DNA of 64,000 nt, from assembly GCA_965205675.1 (NCBI GenBank), contig OZ242186.1, positions 1,152,001 to 1,216,000 on the forward strand, given 5' to 3'. Made by a program: the position numbers and the translations under genes. Below, in pieces: positions 29,106 through 39,956 of the stretch. The notes beneath the pieces were generated by a model, which searched no databases, was not told the origin of the DNA, and was given only the letters and a program-made list of their open reading frames with translations. Numbering within the stretch: the stretch's first letter is position 1; each line of letters begins with the position of its first letter. Origin of the DNA: Nitrosopumilus sp. GTDB lineage: Archaea; Thermoproteota; Nitrososphaeria; Nitrososphaerales; Nitrosopumilaceae.

Positions 29106-29219
29106 ATGAAAGGATTATGTCAAAAATGTCATTCATCAAATGTTGAAATAGCAGTTACAGAAGGAATTCCTGTTTGTGAAACATGTTCTAAAAAACAGAT
29201 TAATCAAAAAAATGCTTAA
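29106..29219 (+). CDS. 37-aa CxxC..CxxC zinc-finger microprotein
   Basis: Manual translation MKGLCQKCHSSNVEIAVTEGIPVCETCSKKQINQKNA*; TTTAAA about 22 nt upstream. Confidence 0.65.
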   Translation: MKGLCQKCHSSNVEIAVTEGIPVCETCSKKQINQKNA

Positions 29220-29563
29220 CGGTACATTTTTTTTAATTTACTAAAATCATCTTAATTTATGCCTAATCTTTACCTTTTCAGATAAACCCAAAAGAGTCGC
29301 ATCAGTCATCTCTGAGAACCACACATCTTTCTCTCATAGCTAAACTATATAATTTTCTGACATTTGTCTTATTCAACTGTATGATGATTTATAGTTACAA
29401 CAATCCGGGATTTACTTTCTTAACTAACTTAAGAGAAGATGACTTTGGAGAGGGACTCCATGTTTTTAGATACTAGATGAGTTGTGCAATAGTCCAATTT
29501 GGGGATAATCTCAATATCACTCAACGATAAGAACAAAAGCTAAGAAACAGATACTCTGAATCC

Positions 29564-29937
29564 ATGTTCAGTTACACAGAACTAGCAAAGAAACATAAAC
29601 AGTTACTCTCTGTAACTGGTCTTATAGCGAATCAATTTGATTCTTTACGCAAGAAGATAAAAAAGAATTGCAAAATCACAGAGCAAAAGAGACTATCTAA
29701 AAACAGAGAAAGAGCAAATGGGTGCAGAACACAAGTTTGATTTGTTCCTTAAAGATAGAATTTTGATGTTTTTGATGTACTGTAGAGCCCATACGACATA
29801 TGATGTGCCGAGTATGATATCGGATTTGGATAAATTAAATGTGGATAGAGACATCAGTTATCTAGAACATGCAGTAAAACAAACAACTCCACATTCATGT
29901 CAAAATATATGCAGATTCAAAAAAAAGATTAACGGCA
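29564..29937 (+). pseudogene. Frameshifted IS5/ISL2-like transposase N-terminus, interrupted by IS630
   Basis: MFSYTEL..SVTGL..QFDSL..EQKRLSK, frameshift, then GAEHKFDLFLKDRILMFLMYCR (HTH_Tnp_4-like). Confidence 0.7.
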
Positions 29938-29939
29938 TA

Positions 29940-31035
29940 TACCTCGGAGCATAATTCTTTGCAATTTTTCAAAACAAATAGCAATACTTTTTGATCAGTA
30001 GTTAGAAATAATTTCATGGACATCACAAATGACGAGTTACTCCAGGCCTACAAAAAAGAAAAGTACGGTAAGAAAAAGGAAAGATTACATGCAATATGTA
30101 AGATTAAAATCAATAAATCTACAATTGCTGAAACTGCCAACCAAATGTTTTGTACCTACAATTCTGTAAGGAATTGGCTTGATTCATTTGAAAAATATGG
30201 ATTGGAGGGCCTGGAGGATCTCCCTCGTTCTGGCCGTCCGCCATTAATCTCACACAAAAAATTACAAAAAATAGAGCGTACATTTAAGAAAATTTCAGAC
30301 GGCATGACTCCAAAAAAACTGATACAATTCATATTTTACAGAACACACATCACATATCATATCACTCATGTGCGTCGTTTGATGCATAAATGGAATCTAA
30401 AACCAAAGGTTCCACAAAAACTACATGTACGTGCCGCATCCAAGGATGCATGCCGCAAGTGGAAAAACCGCATCATTTCACGCATAGAAAAGGCAAAAAA
30501 GAAAGGTTTTACAGTATTTATCCAAGACGAGTCTGTATTTGTAGACGATGTACGTCTTGGCAAAAAATACTGGACAGATGCACACCAAAGAATGATTGTA
30601 CGTTGGAGAGGATCACATCAAAGATTTTTGGTTTATGGAATGATGACTGATGATAATCAAAGTTTTTTTAGATCGTATGAAAAATTTAATTCAATTGCAT
30701 TTATGGATTATTTGGAGGCAGCTCGTAGAAAATTTGGAAAAATATTTGTTATCGTCGATAGAGCACCGCAACACAAAGCTAATGATGTAAAAAAATATCT
30801 GCGTAAAAACAAAGATGTCAAACTGGCATATCTTCCAAGAGGCTCCCCGCATTTGAGTATGATTGAAGAGATTTGGAGGCAGTGCAAACATGTTAATGTT
30901 GAATCAGAATTTTATGAATCTATTCATGAAATGAGGCATACAGTTATGGAATATTTTAGAACGCACAAATTTAATTTGAATATGTATCAGTATTTTGCAA
31001 GAACAGTAAATTGAAAAGACTTATGATCTGGGGTA
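29940..31035 (+). mobile_element. IS630-family element, single-ORF type
   Basis: TA duplication at 29938-29939 and 31036-31037; imperfect 28-bp IRs TACCTCGGAGCATAATTCTTTGCAATTT / TACCCCAGATCATAAGTCTTTTCAATTT. Confidence 0.92.
30016..31014 (+). CDS. IS630 transposase (intact ORF)
   Basis: LEDLPRSGRP, QDES, DRAPQH and LPRGSPHLSMIE motifs. Confidence 0.93.
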   Translation: MDITNDELLQAYKKEKYGKKKERLHAICKIKINKSTIAETANQMFCTYNSVRNWLDSFEKYGLEGLEDLPRSGRPPLISHKKLQKIERTFKKISDGMTPKKLIQFIFYRTHITYHITHVRRLMHKWNLKPKVPQKLHVRAASKDACRKWKNRIISRIEKAKKKGFTVFIQDESVFVDDVRLGKKYWTDAHQRMIVRWRGSHQRFLVYGMMTDDNQSFFRSYEKFNSIAFMDYLEAARRKFGKIFVIVDRAPQHKANDVKKYLRKNKDVKLAYLPRGSPHLSMIEEIWRQCKHVNVESEFYESIHEMRHTVMEYFRTHKFNLNMYQYFARTVN

Positions 31036-31166
31036 TACAGTCAAAAATTAGAATAAAAGATTAGATTTTGTCTGCAATTGTGCAATTTGCCTAATATCAT
31101 GATTTTGATAAATAAAGATGTTGAAAATAAATAATTAAAAAATGTTTTTAAAAAAATTAAAAGAAA

Positions 31167-31619
31167 TTATTCAAGAGCTTTGAATTTTTCTTTAGTCATT
31201 CTTAGAATAATTTTTTCTCCCACTCCCCAAATTTCAGATTTTGATAGGGTTTTAGAATGCATCAAACCATAACTAACTTCAATTGTTTCTAATTCGTTAG
31301 TTTCAGAATTTTTGTGCAATCGTTTTACTTTGCCAATTTTGTGTTTGTCAATATCAGTTACTTGAATTCCAGTTCTGACAGGAGGTCTACTAAGGAGTAA
31401 TGTTTCTTCAGAAAACTTGTCAATATACTCCTCAGATAAGAAATAATCTTTACGAAATCCTTGGCGAATTGTAACGCCATTTACGATAAGTGTGTCTTGG
31501 TTGATGTGAATGTGTTTGACTTTACCATATTCGATCCCTTCCCTATCAATGACTTTTTTTCCAGTAAATGTATCTGCAGTAGTCAAATTAGCAGGCATTC
31601 CTTCAAGTTTTACGGACAT
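31167..31619 (-). CDS. Tandem PRC-barrel protein
   Basis: GKKVIDREGIEYGKV and GIQVTDIDKHKIGKV repeats. Confidence 0.85.
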   Translation of the reverse strand: MSVKLEGMPANLTTADTFTGKKVIDREGIEYGKVKHIHINQDTLIVNGVTIRQGFRKDYFLSEEYIDKFSEETLLLSRPPVRTGIQVTDIDKHKIGKVKRLHKNSETNELETIEVSYGLMHSKTLSKSEIWGVGEKIILRMTKEKFKALE

Positions 31620-31707
31620 GATACCAGATTAACAGATTTGCTTATGACAAGGAATATCAGAAATTTCTATCAATGGGGTTAAATTACTTGACAGAAGAAA
31701 ATTACGC

Positions 31708-32031
31708 ATGAAAATCAAAGAAGAACGATTCAGACCAATCCTAGTTACAAAAGGAAGAAAGACAGGCAAGGAGCATTCAGTAATGCTTAGAGCAGTAAAT
31801 CACAACGAAAAAATATATTTTTCAAGACACAGGCCAGATGGGGATTGGTTCAAAAATGCAGTAATAAATCCAGATGTGAAAATAAAGTATAACAATGAGA
31901 TTTTTACTGGAAAGGCAAATCTAGTTCAAAATGAAGAACTTGATAGAAAAATTTCCATGTTAAAATATCCAGGAGAAGAGAGAGCCAAAGAAAAAAGAGT
32001 TACAATCGAAGTTATTTTAGATTCAAATTAA
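31708..32031 (+). CDS. Deazaflavin (F420)-dependent nitroreductase-like protein (DUF385)
   Basis: LVTKGRKTG and DWFKNAVINPDV motifs. Confidence 0.8.
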   Translation: MKIKEERFRPILVTKGRKTGKEHSVMLRAVNHNEKIYFSRHRPDGDWFKNAVINPDVKIKYNNEIFTGKANLVQNEELDRKISMLKYPGEERAKEKRVTIEVILDSN

Positions 32032-32440
32032 ATTATCAAGATTTAAGAGACTTGTACAAATAATGAATTGTTAGTTCACTAAGAATTCTAGTAATTACAA
32101 GTAAAGAAAATCAGCAGTAGTTAATTTATCAGGATGTATATCAACATTAAAAATATCAACATATTCTACGGATAAATCTGCAGAAGAATAAAATTCATGC
32201 TAGGTTCAGATTTTACAAGTATGGGAGCAAATTCAAAAATAAATTCATCAGATGGACTTGACGATTCTTTAGATTCAATAAAAGGAAATAGTTCTAATAA
32301 TTCAAAAGTTTAAGAAGAATCTTAAACAAGGAAAATAATTCCAACATATATTTTCTGATAAAATTTTATGAATCATGATCTAATTTATTTTATCAAATGC
32401 CATATTGATCATAACATTACACATCAAACCATGAGTAATA

Positions 32441-33566
32441 ACTTTGTTTCCTAATTATTCATTCTAGGCTCAAAATACAACCGAAAAAGATTTGGATCTG
32501 AAAAGTCAGATCTATCATGTGTCTGAGAAAAAGTACGATGATAGAAAGTACATCTTACGTGAAAAATTCTATGTACTACATCTGGATTCTGAATGTCACA
32601 AGGTCCAGACAAACTAAATGACAACAAGTTTGGAGCATCATTTGTCTATTCAGATGACTGTTTTATGGTAATGGCATTGTTTAGAAATACTGTTGGTGTT
32701 GCATGCAGACAACTGCAAGGAATTACTGGAGATTGTCTTGGAGAAAAAGAGTCATCAAAATTTCCTGTCATTTACAAAAGAATCAACAAAATACAACTTG
32801 GGGAGAATGATGGCAAGATGGGGTTTACGGATGGGAAAAATAAAACAGAGATTGTACTGCTTGCAGCAGACTCAACAGGTCTCAAACCAACAAGCAGGGG
32901 AGACCAGATGGGAAACAAGTGGAACATTAAACGTGTATTCATAAAGTTGCATGTGAATGGTAGATTCCAAAGCCAAGAAAATTTATGCAGTATCTGCAAC
33001 TGGTGACTCTTGTGTGGATTGCCCCAGAATTCAAAAAATTACTTGATGAAGGCTTACAAAACACAGTGAATTCTCCTAATGTGAAAAAGTCTAGAGTCAC
33101 TAGTTGCATGTGATAGCACATATGATTCTAATGATAATTTTGAAGAGTGTAAAAAGAGAAATGCAATTTCAATTATTCCAGTAAAAAAGAATTTTTCAGG
33201 TAAGGCAAAGGGCAGTACTGCAAGAAAGAAACAAGGATTGATTCAGTTTGACAATTGTGAGATAAATAAAAAGAGCATCAAAATGTTTAATGATTTAACA
33301 GATGAACAAAAGGTACGAAATAGAAACAAATGGAAAAATGATGCATAGGTTATGGTAGATGTCAGTCTGCAGAAATTACATTCTCCACATGGAAAAGAAT
33401 TCCCGGAGAGAATATTTCAGCCAGAGTTTGGTGTAATGTGACAAGAGGGATAAAATTCAAGGTAATGATATACAATTTGATGATGCAATGGAGCAGAAGA
33501 TGAACCAGAACTAGATAATGATTTGTTTATAGTGTAAACATGTAAAGTGAAATTGGGAAACAAAGT
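32441..33566 (+). mobile_element. Degenerate IS5-family element (transposase pseudogene)
   Basis: IRs ACTTTGTTTCCTAATT / AATTGGGAAACAAAGT; frameshifted ADSTGLK..RG...FIKLHV and D(S)xYDS fragments. Confidence 0.85.
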
Positions 33567-33662
33567 TGGAACCATGGGATAGACGAAATGTTTTAACTTT
33601 GTATGGGTTTGTAAAATTTTATGAGTTGACGCCTTTATAGAAAATCATATTAGGTAAATTGT

Positions 33663-34547
33663 ATGAATATAAAAAAATTCATCAACGAGAATGACTTATC
33701 TAATTTTCCTATAGGTTTAGGCGGATGTCGTATCAGTGATCTATCTTTTGATTCATGTGACTATGATATTTTTGTTTTTGATGAAAAACTAGGATTTCCT
33801 CAAATCATTTCATATTATGGTGAATTTGTAACCCTTCATCATTCTTCTTTATCTGAAATTAATTCTGAAAAATTACTTCAATACCACCAATTGAAAATTC
33901 TCCAAGATGAATCATGGGATCTACAAATGATGCTTTCTAAAATTAAAGAAAAACATACTTTGTTATTGTCGGATTTTGCAAAAAATTCCTTAATAGAATC
34001 ACAATTCTGTTGTCAAAAAACGAGTAAAGGCATACAAACTGGAGATGTGTTTGCTCCTTGTTGGCAAAAATGTGCCACTTATTATTTGGCCAAAGCTATT
34101 TCTGCAATCAACCATTTACATCCCAGTCCTTCACACATGCTTGATTCTCTTCGCAAATTAAAAAAAAATACTGTCAATGGACATATTTTTAATGTAACTG
34201 AGACTGTTGGAATTGAGCGAGCTACACCAATTTTGCTTGAAAGAATGCTAAAATCCACAATAGGATTTTCGGATTTGATAGAAAAGAACAATCATTCTCA
34301 AATTATTCAACAAAAACATGATTTCTTTGTAGAAAACTCTATGCTCTCGGATTGCTACTTTTATTTGGGCTATATCAACCAAAAAAATTTTATGGAAATT
34401 AAGGATACTGTCTCTAAGGAGCCAGATTTGTTTCATATTCTAAAAATTGCATTTGATGTTGAGGCTAACTCAACTTTACTTCAACAACAGTCTGAAATTA
34501 TACAGAAATCTTGTAATGAAATTCTTGGAATTATTTCAAGTGCGTGA
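33663..34547 (+). CDS. Hypothetical protein with a nucleotidyltransferase-like N-terminus
   Basis: GLGGCR...SCDYDIFV resembles the GS..DxD NTase motif, followed by a helical domain. Confidence 0.7.
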   Translation: MNIKKFINENDLSNFPIGLGGCRISDLSFDSCDYDIFVFDEKLGFPQIISYYGEFVTLHHSSLSEINSEKLLQYHQLKILQDESWDLQMMLSKIKEKHTLLLSDFAKNSLIESQFCCQKTSKGIQTGDVFAPCWQKCATYYLAKAISAINHLHPSPSHMLDSLRKLKKNTVNGHIFNVTETVGIERATPILLERMLKSTIGFSDLIEKNNHSQIIQQKHDFFVENSMLSDCYFYLGYINQKNFMEIKDTVSKEPDLFHILKIAFDVEANSTLLQQQSEIIQKSCNEILGIISSA

Positions 34548-34600
34548 TATTCTATTGACATGTACTAACCTTTTAAAATAAGTAAAACCTCCAGTTTAAC

Positions 34601-34744
34601 ATGGTAGATCAAGCATGTGGATGCGAAGCAGACAGCGGCGATCCAGATTACTCATGTGATTGTGCAATGCAAGGTCATTGTATATGCAGTTCTGATTGCA
34701 AATGTAATACCGACGTTTGTAAAGAAGCAACTAAAGATATGTGA
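34601..34744 (+). CDS. Metallothionein-like 47-aa Cys-rich protein
   Basis: Manual translation MVDQACGCEADSGDPDYSCDCAMQGHCICSSDCKCNTDVCKEATKDM*; 9 Cys (four CxC); TTTTAAAA 22 nt upstream; T-tract downstream. Confidence 0.75.
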   Translation: MVDQACGCEADSGDPDYSCDCAMQGHCICSSDCKCNTDVCKEATKDM

Positions 34745-34780
34745 TTGGATAAATTCCAATACTAACTTTTTATTTTTTAC

Positions 34781-34948
34781 TTATTCGTCTTCGCCTTCAA
34801 AGCCCCATGATTTTACTAGTTCTTTTTGGAATTTGTCTGCCTGTTTTTCATCTAGCGCAAATCCACAATTCTTATGAGTGGGGACTACTACCATTCCATC
34901 TAGTTTGAATTCAACTTCAAACAAGTGTATTTTGGAACATTCGCACAT
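34781..34948 (-). CDS. 55-aa small protein with CxC and HxxC motifs
   Basis: Manual translation MCECSKIHLFEVEFKLDGMVVVPTHKNCGFALDEKQADKFQKELVKSWGFEGEDE*; convergent with the MT-like ORF. Confidence 0.7.
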   Translation of the reverse strand: MCECSKIHLFEVEFKLDGMVVVPTHKNCGFALDEKQADKFQKELVKSWGFEGEDE

Positions 34949-35639
34949 TTCTGGAATTACTGTACTTATTCCTCTATATTTGCTTATTTGAACAATATTA
35001 TACTGTCTATTTTTCTCATTTTTTGTTACCTGTCTAGAGTTTTAAAGTGGTTCTCTAATTTTTTATCGATATCTTTTCTGATCAATGAGAAGGCATAATG
35101 CACAATTCTTAACAGATGAAGAATCGGAAATGCCGTAATTGATTAATTCATTTGGAAAAAGGAAAATCAGCAATTATGTAAAGGGATTGTAAAGATAAAG
35201 GCAACATCTACATTTGTTACAACAAACATCAAGGCAAAACCAAACAAGAAAAAGTTACAAAACAAAAAGATCTCAAAACATCAAAGAAAAACAAAAGCAG
35301 GCCAACCCAAATTGATCATACTGCTAGAGTGAGCCAAAAAAATGCACCTTGTTTGTTATCTTATTCTTAGAAATAATTGATTTAGATGATTGAGCATCTA
35401 TTGTCCCTAAATTATTATGGAGTATTTTACAATAATTTTAGATTGGCTTTGTATCATTTGCAAAAACAATCTCTGATGAATCATTGTTGATGAAATTCCT
35501 AGAGGCAAAATACACTAAGAATCTTTCATGTCTTTTCTACAAAAACAAAATTTTCTGCATCATGAAAAGCAGAGACAAAATGAGATGCATGCATAAAATA
35601 TCAAAAAAATTACAAGCCATTTTCCAGATCAAAGTTCTC

Positions 35640-35952
35640 ATGGATTAGAACTCCATACTCTATACTTCCTAACATAAATTCATCCACCATCTTCTCGTTG
35701 CATATACTTGAGAATGTCTAAATTGAATCGTCTTGTTCTGTAATATTTGGAGATGTTATTTTTCAGATTACTTGGAGATGGCAGATACTGTGACACCAAC
35801 AAATTGTATTTTCCTAGGCTTCCATACTTCCTCAACTGCATTGAACTGTGGTGAGCCTTTTGGAAACCAATTCAATAGAATATCATCTGCATTCTCATCA
35901 AGATATTTTTGTACTAGTTTTGATCTGTGTTGTGGTGCTCAGTCTACATAGA
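35640..35952 (-). pseudogene. IS630 transposase C-terminal relic
   Basis: Minus strand reads APQHRSKLVQKYLDENADDILLNWFPKGSPQFNAVEEVWK; boundaries approximate. Confidence 0.75.
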
Positions 35953-36080
35953 CTGTCTAACAAATATTCATGACCTAAAATCTTTCAAATTATGCTAATT
36001 CCTGAAACTTAAACTTGAATCTACAATGTACGTAAATCGAGTTTAGAATAGGGTGACGAATTTTTGTTATTGAGTATAGT

Positions 36081-36647
36081 TTAGAAATTAAATGAATTCC
36101 TAACCTTAAATGGCATTTTACATTCTTCTAAAAAAAGCTCTTTTCGAACACCATCTATTTTTGCAAAAAATTTCCCTTCGTATGTGCATACACAGTCCGT
36201 AATTTCAAGAGATTCATCCCATATTTTGAAATATTCTCGCAATTCCCGACTTACATATTCCCCAATACCCATTCTTCTTTTAGATAAAAATTTGAATGCC
36301 AATAACACATTTCTTTTTTTATAGATATCAAATGTCTTAATCCAATCCAAGCAGCGCTCAATTTGATCTGCAGGTACAGGTAAGAAGGTACTGGTACCAG
36401 ATTTTGCTTCAATTGTAAATATTGTATTTTTTTTAGTATTTACAGCTAAAACATCAGGTAGTGCAATACTAGAAGAGCCTAATCGAAAAGCACTCCAATC
36501 TGGAATATTTTTGAATCTCTTTACAATCGTATCTTCCCACTGATATCCTCTCTGTCTTCGTGTTCGGGCAGCTTTTTGATTACTGTGTAAAGATTTCTTA
36601 TTATCTTTTTGTTTTGCAATTGTTAATGAAGTAAATTTTCGTCTCAT
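36081..36647 (-). CDS. Hjc-like PD-(D/E)xK Holliday-junction resolvase family protein
   Basis: RGYQWED, LPDVLAV and IEAKS motifs. Confidence 0.85.
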   Translation of the reverse strand: MRRKFTSLTIAKQKDNKKSLHSNQKAARTRRQRGYQWEDTIVKRFKNIPDWSAFRLGSSSIALPDVLAVNTKKNTIFTIEAKSGTSTFLPVPADQIERCLDWIKTFDIYKKRNVLLAFKFLSKRRMGIGEYVSRELREYFKIWDESLEITDCVCTYEGKFFAKIDGVRKELFLEECKMPFKVRNSFNF

Positions 36648-37387
36648 TATCTTTTTACACCTTTATTGGGTATATAGTAAAGCAGGTAATTACATTATTA
36701 CTAGGAGGTTTTGATCAAAAACAACAATTTCTTACACTGTTGAATCTTGGAGGACTTTCTGAGTTTTCAAGGAGGAGATACGCTAGAAATTCGAGACATG
36801 TGACTAGATATTTTTGAATCTATGCACATATTTTGAAAAGCCCATCTGCAAGATTTTATGAAGTTTTTAGACCAAACTATTCCAATACAATATAGGATTT
36901 GATAAAAACTAGTTTGGGGAAGATCCATATTTTATTTAGATCACCACTTGTACCAAATCCGTCGATCCAGACAGAAAAGGATTTACTCTTCTAACCAATC
37001 CTGACGGCATACAAAGGATTGATGCTTGAGCCACTTGACAAGAAAGAATCAGATGGCACACACAAAAACATTCCAACTGATCACGCAAGAAAATATGCAA
37101 ATTCAAAATCATCACACTGCAGATACTGCTAGAGGATTGATAGCTTTGAGAGATATAACGTAGCATGTAAGGAACTCAAATCATGCAGATTGGATGGGAG
37201 AGAGAAACAGAGATGTGCGAATTTATAAAATGAGATGGAGATTTCAAAGTTTAATTGACATATGATTTAACAATGCTAAAGTGCTGATACTGTGAAATTC
37301 ACATGATCTAAATTTAACAGGGAAAACTCCATGCCACGTATTCTTAACAGTATCGTCAGGATAACGCAGCAGAACCAAAAGCCATAT

Positions 37388-38989
37388 TCAAAATACCTCT
37401 TTTGGACGATATTCTCCAAATACTTCTCTGAATGTATTGCTAATTTCGCCAGTAGTTGCAAAGGCTTTGGCAGCAGTTACAATGTAAGGCATGAGATTTT
37501 CTTCAGTGTCAGCTGCACTTTGCATAGCAGATAAGGCTTTTTCTAATTTTTTAGAATCTCTGTCTGCACGTAATTTCTTGAGGGCTTTCTTTTGTTGGAT
37601 TTCAACCCTATCATCAATTCGCAATAATTCTGGTTGCTCTTCTTCTTCAGAATACTTGTTTACGCCTACAATGATTCTATTAGCATCATCAGTCTCTTTT
37701 TTCAAACGATATGCGTTTGCACGAATTTCTGATTGGAAAAATCCTTTCTCAATTGCTTTTACAGAGCCCCCCATTTTTTGGATTTTTTTAAGATACTTCC
37801 AAACCCCATCTTCAATTTGGTCACATAAATCTTCCAGATAATAAGAACCAGCAAGAGGATCAGCAGTTTTTGTAATTCCACTCTCATGTGCTACAATTTG
37901 TTGGGTTCGGAGTGCAATTTTTGCAGATTCTTGAGTAGGAAGCGCAAGTGCTTCATCTCTAGAGTTTGTATGTAATGATTGAGTACCACCGGCTACTGCA
38001 GCCATTGTCTGTATTGCAACACGAACAATGTTGTTGTTTGGTTGTTGAGCAGTTAAAGATTCACCACTAGTTTGAGTATGGAATTTTAATTGTAAAGAAC
38101 GCGGGTTTTTTGCATGAAACATTTCTTTTAATATTTTTGCATAAATTTTTCTTGCAACTCTAAACTTTGCAACTTCTTCAAAGAACTCTATAGTACAACA
38201 AAAGAAAAAGGACAGACGGGGTGCAAAGTCATCAATTTTCAAACCTTTATCAATACAAGTTTGAATGTATGCAATCGCATTAGCCAAAGTAAATGCAACT
38301 TCTTGTGTAGCAGTACATCCAGCTTCTCTCATATGGTATCCAGATATAGACACAGGGTACCAAGATGGAACTTTTTTTGCACAATAACTAATCATATCAC
38401 CGATTAATCTCATGGAAGGCTGTGGCGGATAGATGTAAGTATTTCTTGCAATGTATTCTTTGAGGATATCATTTTGTGTTGTGCCACGAAGATCATGGCT
38501 TTTGAATCCCTGAGATTCACCAACTGCAATGTAGTATGCAAGTAATGTTGATGCAGTAGAATTAATCGTCATTGAAGAACTAACCTTGCCCAAAGGAATA
38601 CCATCAAAAGCAGTCATCATATCCTTGATTGATGTAATAGAGACTCCGACTTTTCCAATTTCACCTTCAGCTTGAGGAGAATCAGAATCATATCCAATTT
38701 GAGTAGGCAAGTCAAAGGCCATACTGAGCCCGGTTTGACCTTTTTCAAGCATAAACTTGAATCGCTCATTTGTTAATTTTGCATCACCGAATCCAGAATA
38801 TTGTCTCATAGTCCAAAATCTATCACGGAACATTCCAGGATGAATTCCTCTGGTAAAAGGATATTTTCCTGCATCTTCAACAGATCTCTTTTTAGTAGAT
38901 TTTTGATAAATTCTTTTTACAAGGAATGTAGAGTCTGTAAAGATTTTCTTTTCAAAAGTTTTTGATTTTGTTGATTTTTTTGCAGCCAT
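37388..38989 (-). CDS. Methylmalonyl-CoA mutase, large subunit
   Basis: PFTRGIH, WTMRQYSGFG, GTTQNDILKEY and QSLHTNS motifs; expected in the 3HP/4HB cycle. Confidence 0.96.
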   Translation of the reverse strand: MAAKKSTKSKTFEKKIFTDSTFLVKRIYQKSTKKRSVEDAGKYPFTRGIHPGMFRDRFWTMRQYSGFGDAKLTNERFKFMLEKGQTGLSMAFDLPTQIGYDSDSPQAEGEIGKVGVSITSIKDMMTAFDGIPLGKVSSSMTINSTASTLLAYYIAVGESQGFKSHDLRGTTQNDILKEYIARNTYIYPPQPSMRLIGDMISYCAKKVPSWYPVSISGYHMREAGCTATQEVAFTLANAIAYIQTCIDKGLKIDDFAPRLSFFFCCTIEFFEEVAKFRVARKIYAKILKEMFHAKNPRSLQLKFHTQTSGESLTAQQPNNNIVRVAIQTMAAVAGGTQSLHTNSRDEALALPTQESAKIALRTQQIVAHESGITKTADPLAGSYYLEDLCDQIEDGVWKYLKKIQKMGGSVKAIEKGFFQSEIRANAYRLKKETDDANRIIVGVNKYSEEEEQPELLRIDDRVEIQQKKALKKLRADRDSKKLEKALSAMQSAADTEENLMPYIVTAAKAFATTGEISNTFREVFGEYRPKEVF

Positions 38990-38993
38990 AACA

Positions 38994-39911
38994 TCACTTT
39001 ATCAAGGATTTTGTAATTTTGTCTCCAGCTTGGAAAGGATCAATGTCTTTAGATTGTAATTTTTTAAGATATTTTGAAAAGATTTTATCAGAAACTAGCA
39101 TGTCATCAATTCTCTCTTTAATGTTATTTAAAACAATATCTTTTAGTTCGACCTCAAGACGTTCAAGATCTTTAATACTTTTTAATTTCTTTTTAGATTT
39201 CATCATATCTTTGAGGGTTTTTGCAAATACAGTAATGCCAGAATTTTTTTTTACAGAAGTTTTCAAAATGATGGGATTTCTTTCAGAATCTCCAATAAAA
39301 TCACGAACTGCATCAAATAGTTGATTAGTTCCACTCAAATCACTTTTGTTAACAAGATAAATATCTCCAATTTCAGTCAAACCAGCTTTAATGGTTTGTA
39401 TGCTGTCACCAGTGTTTGGATTAAACACAACTACAGTAATATCAGCAATATTTGAAATTTCAACTTCAGTTTGTCCAGCTCCCACACTTTCAATTATTAT
39501 CGGATTAAATCCGGCATATTCTAAAACACGAACACTATTTCGTAAAGAATTGGATACGGCACCAGTTGCACCTCGCGATGCAATACTTCGAATGTATGTT
39601 CCAGAGTCAGTAGATTCACTCATTCTAACTCTATCACCTAAGATAGATCCGCCAGTTACATGGCTAGTGGGATCAACAGCAAGGACAGCAGGTTTTATGC
39701 CTAATTTTTTCATAGCAATAGCAGTTTTGTTAATCAGGGAACTTTTTCCAGCACCAGCAGGTCCTGTAATTCCAATAATTATAGAATTACCGGTGTTTTT
39801 GAAAATTTTCTTTAATAGTTTTTTTGCTTCGGATTGATCATTTTCTATAATAGTGATAGCTTTTGCAATGGCACCACGTTTTCCTTTTTTGAGATCAACT
39901 AACAGAACCAA
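38994..39911 (-). CDS. meaB: MeaB/ArgK GTPase chaperone
   Basis: GPAGAGKS, AVDPTS, LGDRVRM and ESVGAGQ motifs. Confidence 0.95.
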   Translation of the reverse strand: MVLLVDLKKGKRGAIAKAITIIENDQSEAKKLLKKIFKNTGNSIIIGITGPAGAGKSSLINKTAIAMKKLGIKPAVLAVDPTSHVTGGSILGDRVRMSESTDSGTYIRSIASRGATGAVSNSLRNSVRVLEYAGFNPIIIESVGAGQTEVEISNIADITVVVFNPNTGDSIQTIKAGLTEIGDIYLVNKSDLSGTNQLFDAVRDFIGDSERNPIILKTSVKKNSGITVFAKTLKDMMKSKKKLKSIKDLERLEVELKDIVLNNIKERIDDMLVSDKIFSKYLKKLQSKDIDPFQAGDKITKSLIK

Positions 39912-39956
39912 GATACATCAAAGGATTCAGAGGTGCAATAAAATCTTGTGTTAGAT

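Noticed and set aside
30214-30226. 13-bp match GAGGATCTCCCTC between the IS630 transposase and the IS1111 hairpin repeat
   Set aside because: It encodes the conserved EDLP of the IS630 LEDLPRSGRP motif; most likely chance, with no supporting junction.
34617-34877. 86-aa ORF from the track
   Set aside because: Shadow frame overlapping two more convincing small genes (34601-34744 on plus, 34781-34948 on minus).
36081-36647. PD-(D/E)xK nuclease as restriction partner of the MTase or as a defence gene
   Set aside because: It is about 8 kb from the MTase and its motifs fit Hjc-like resolvases.
36660-37380. Possible gene or IS relic
   Set aside because: All frames inspected are interrupted and no recognisable motif or terminal repeat was found; needs a translated search.
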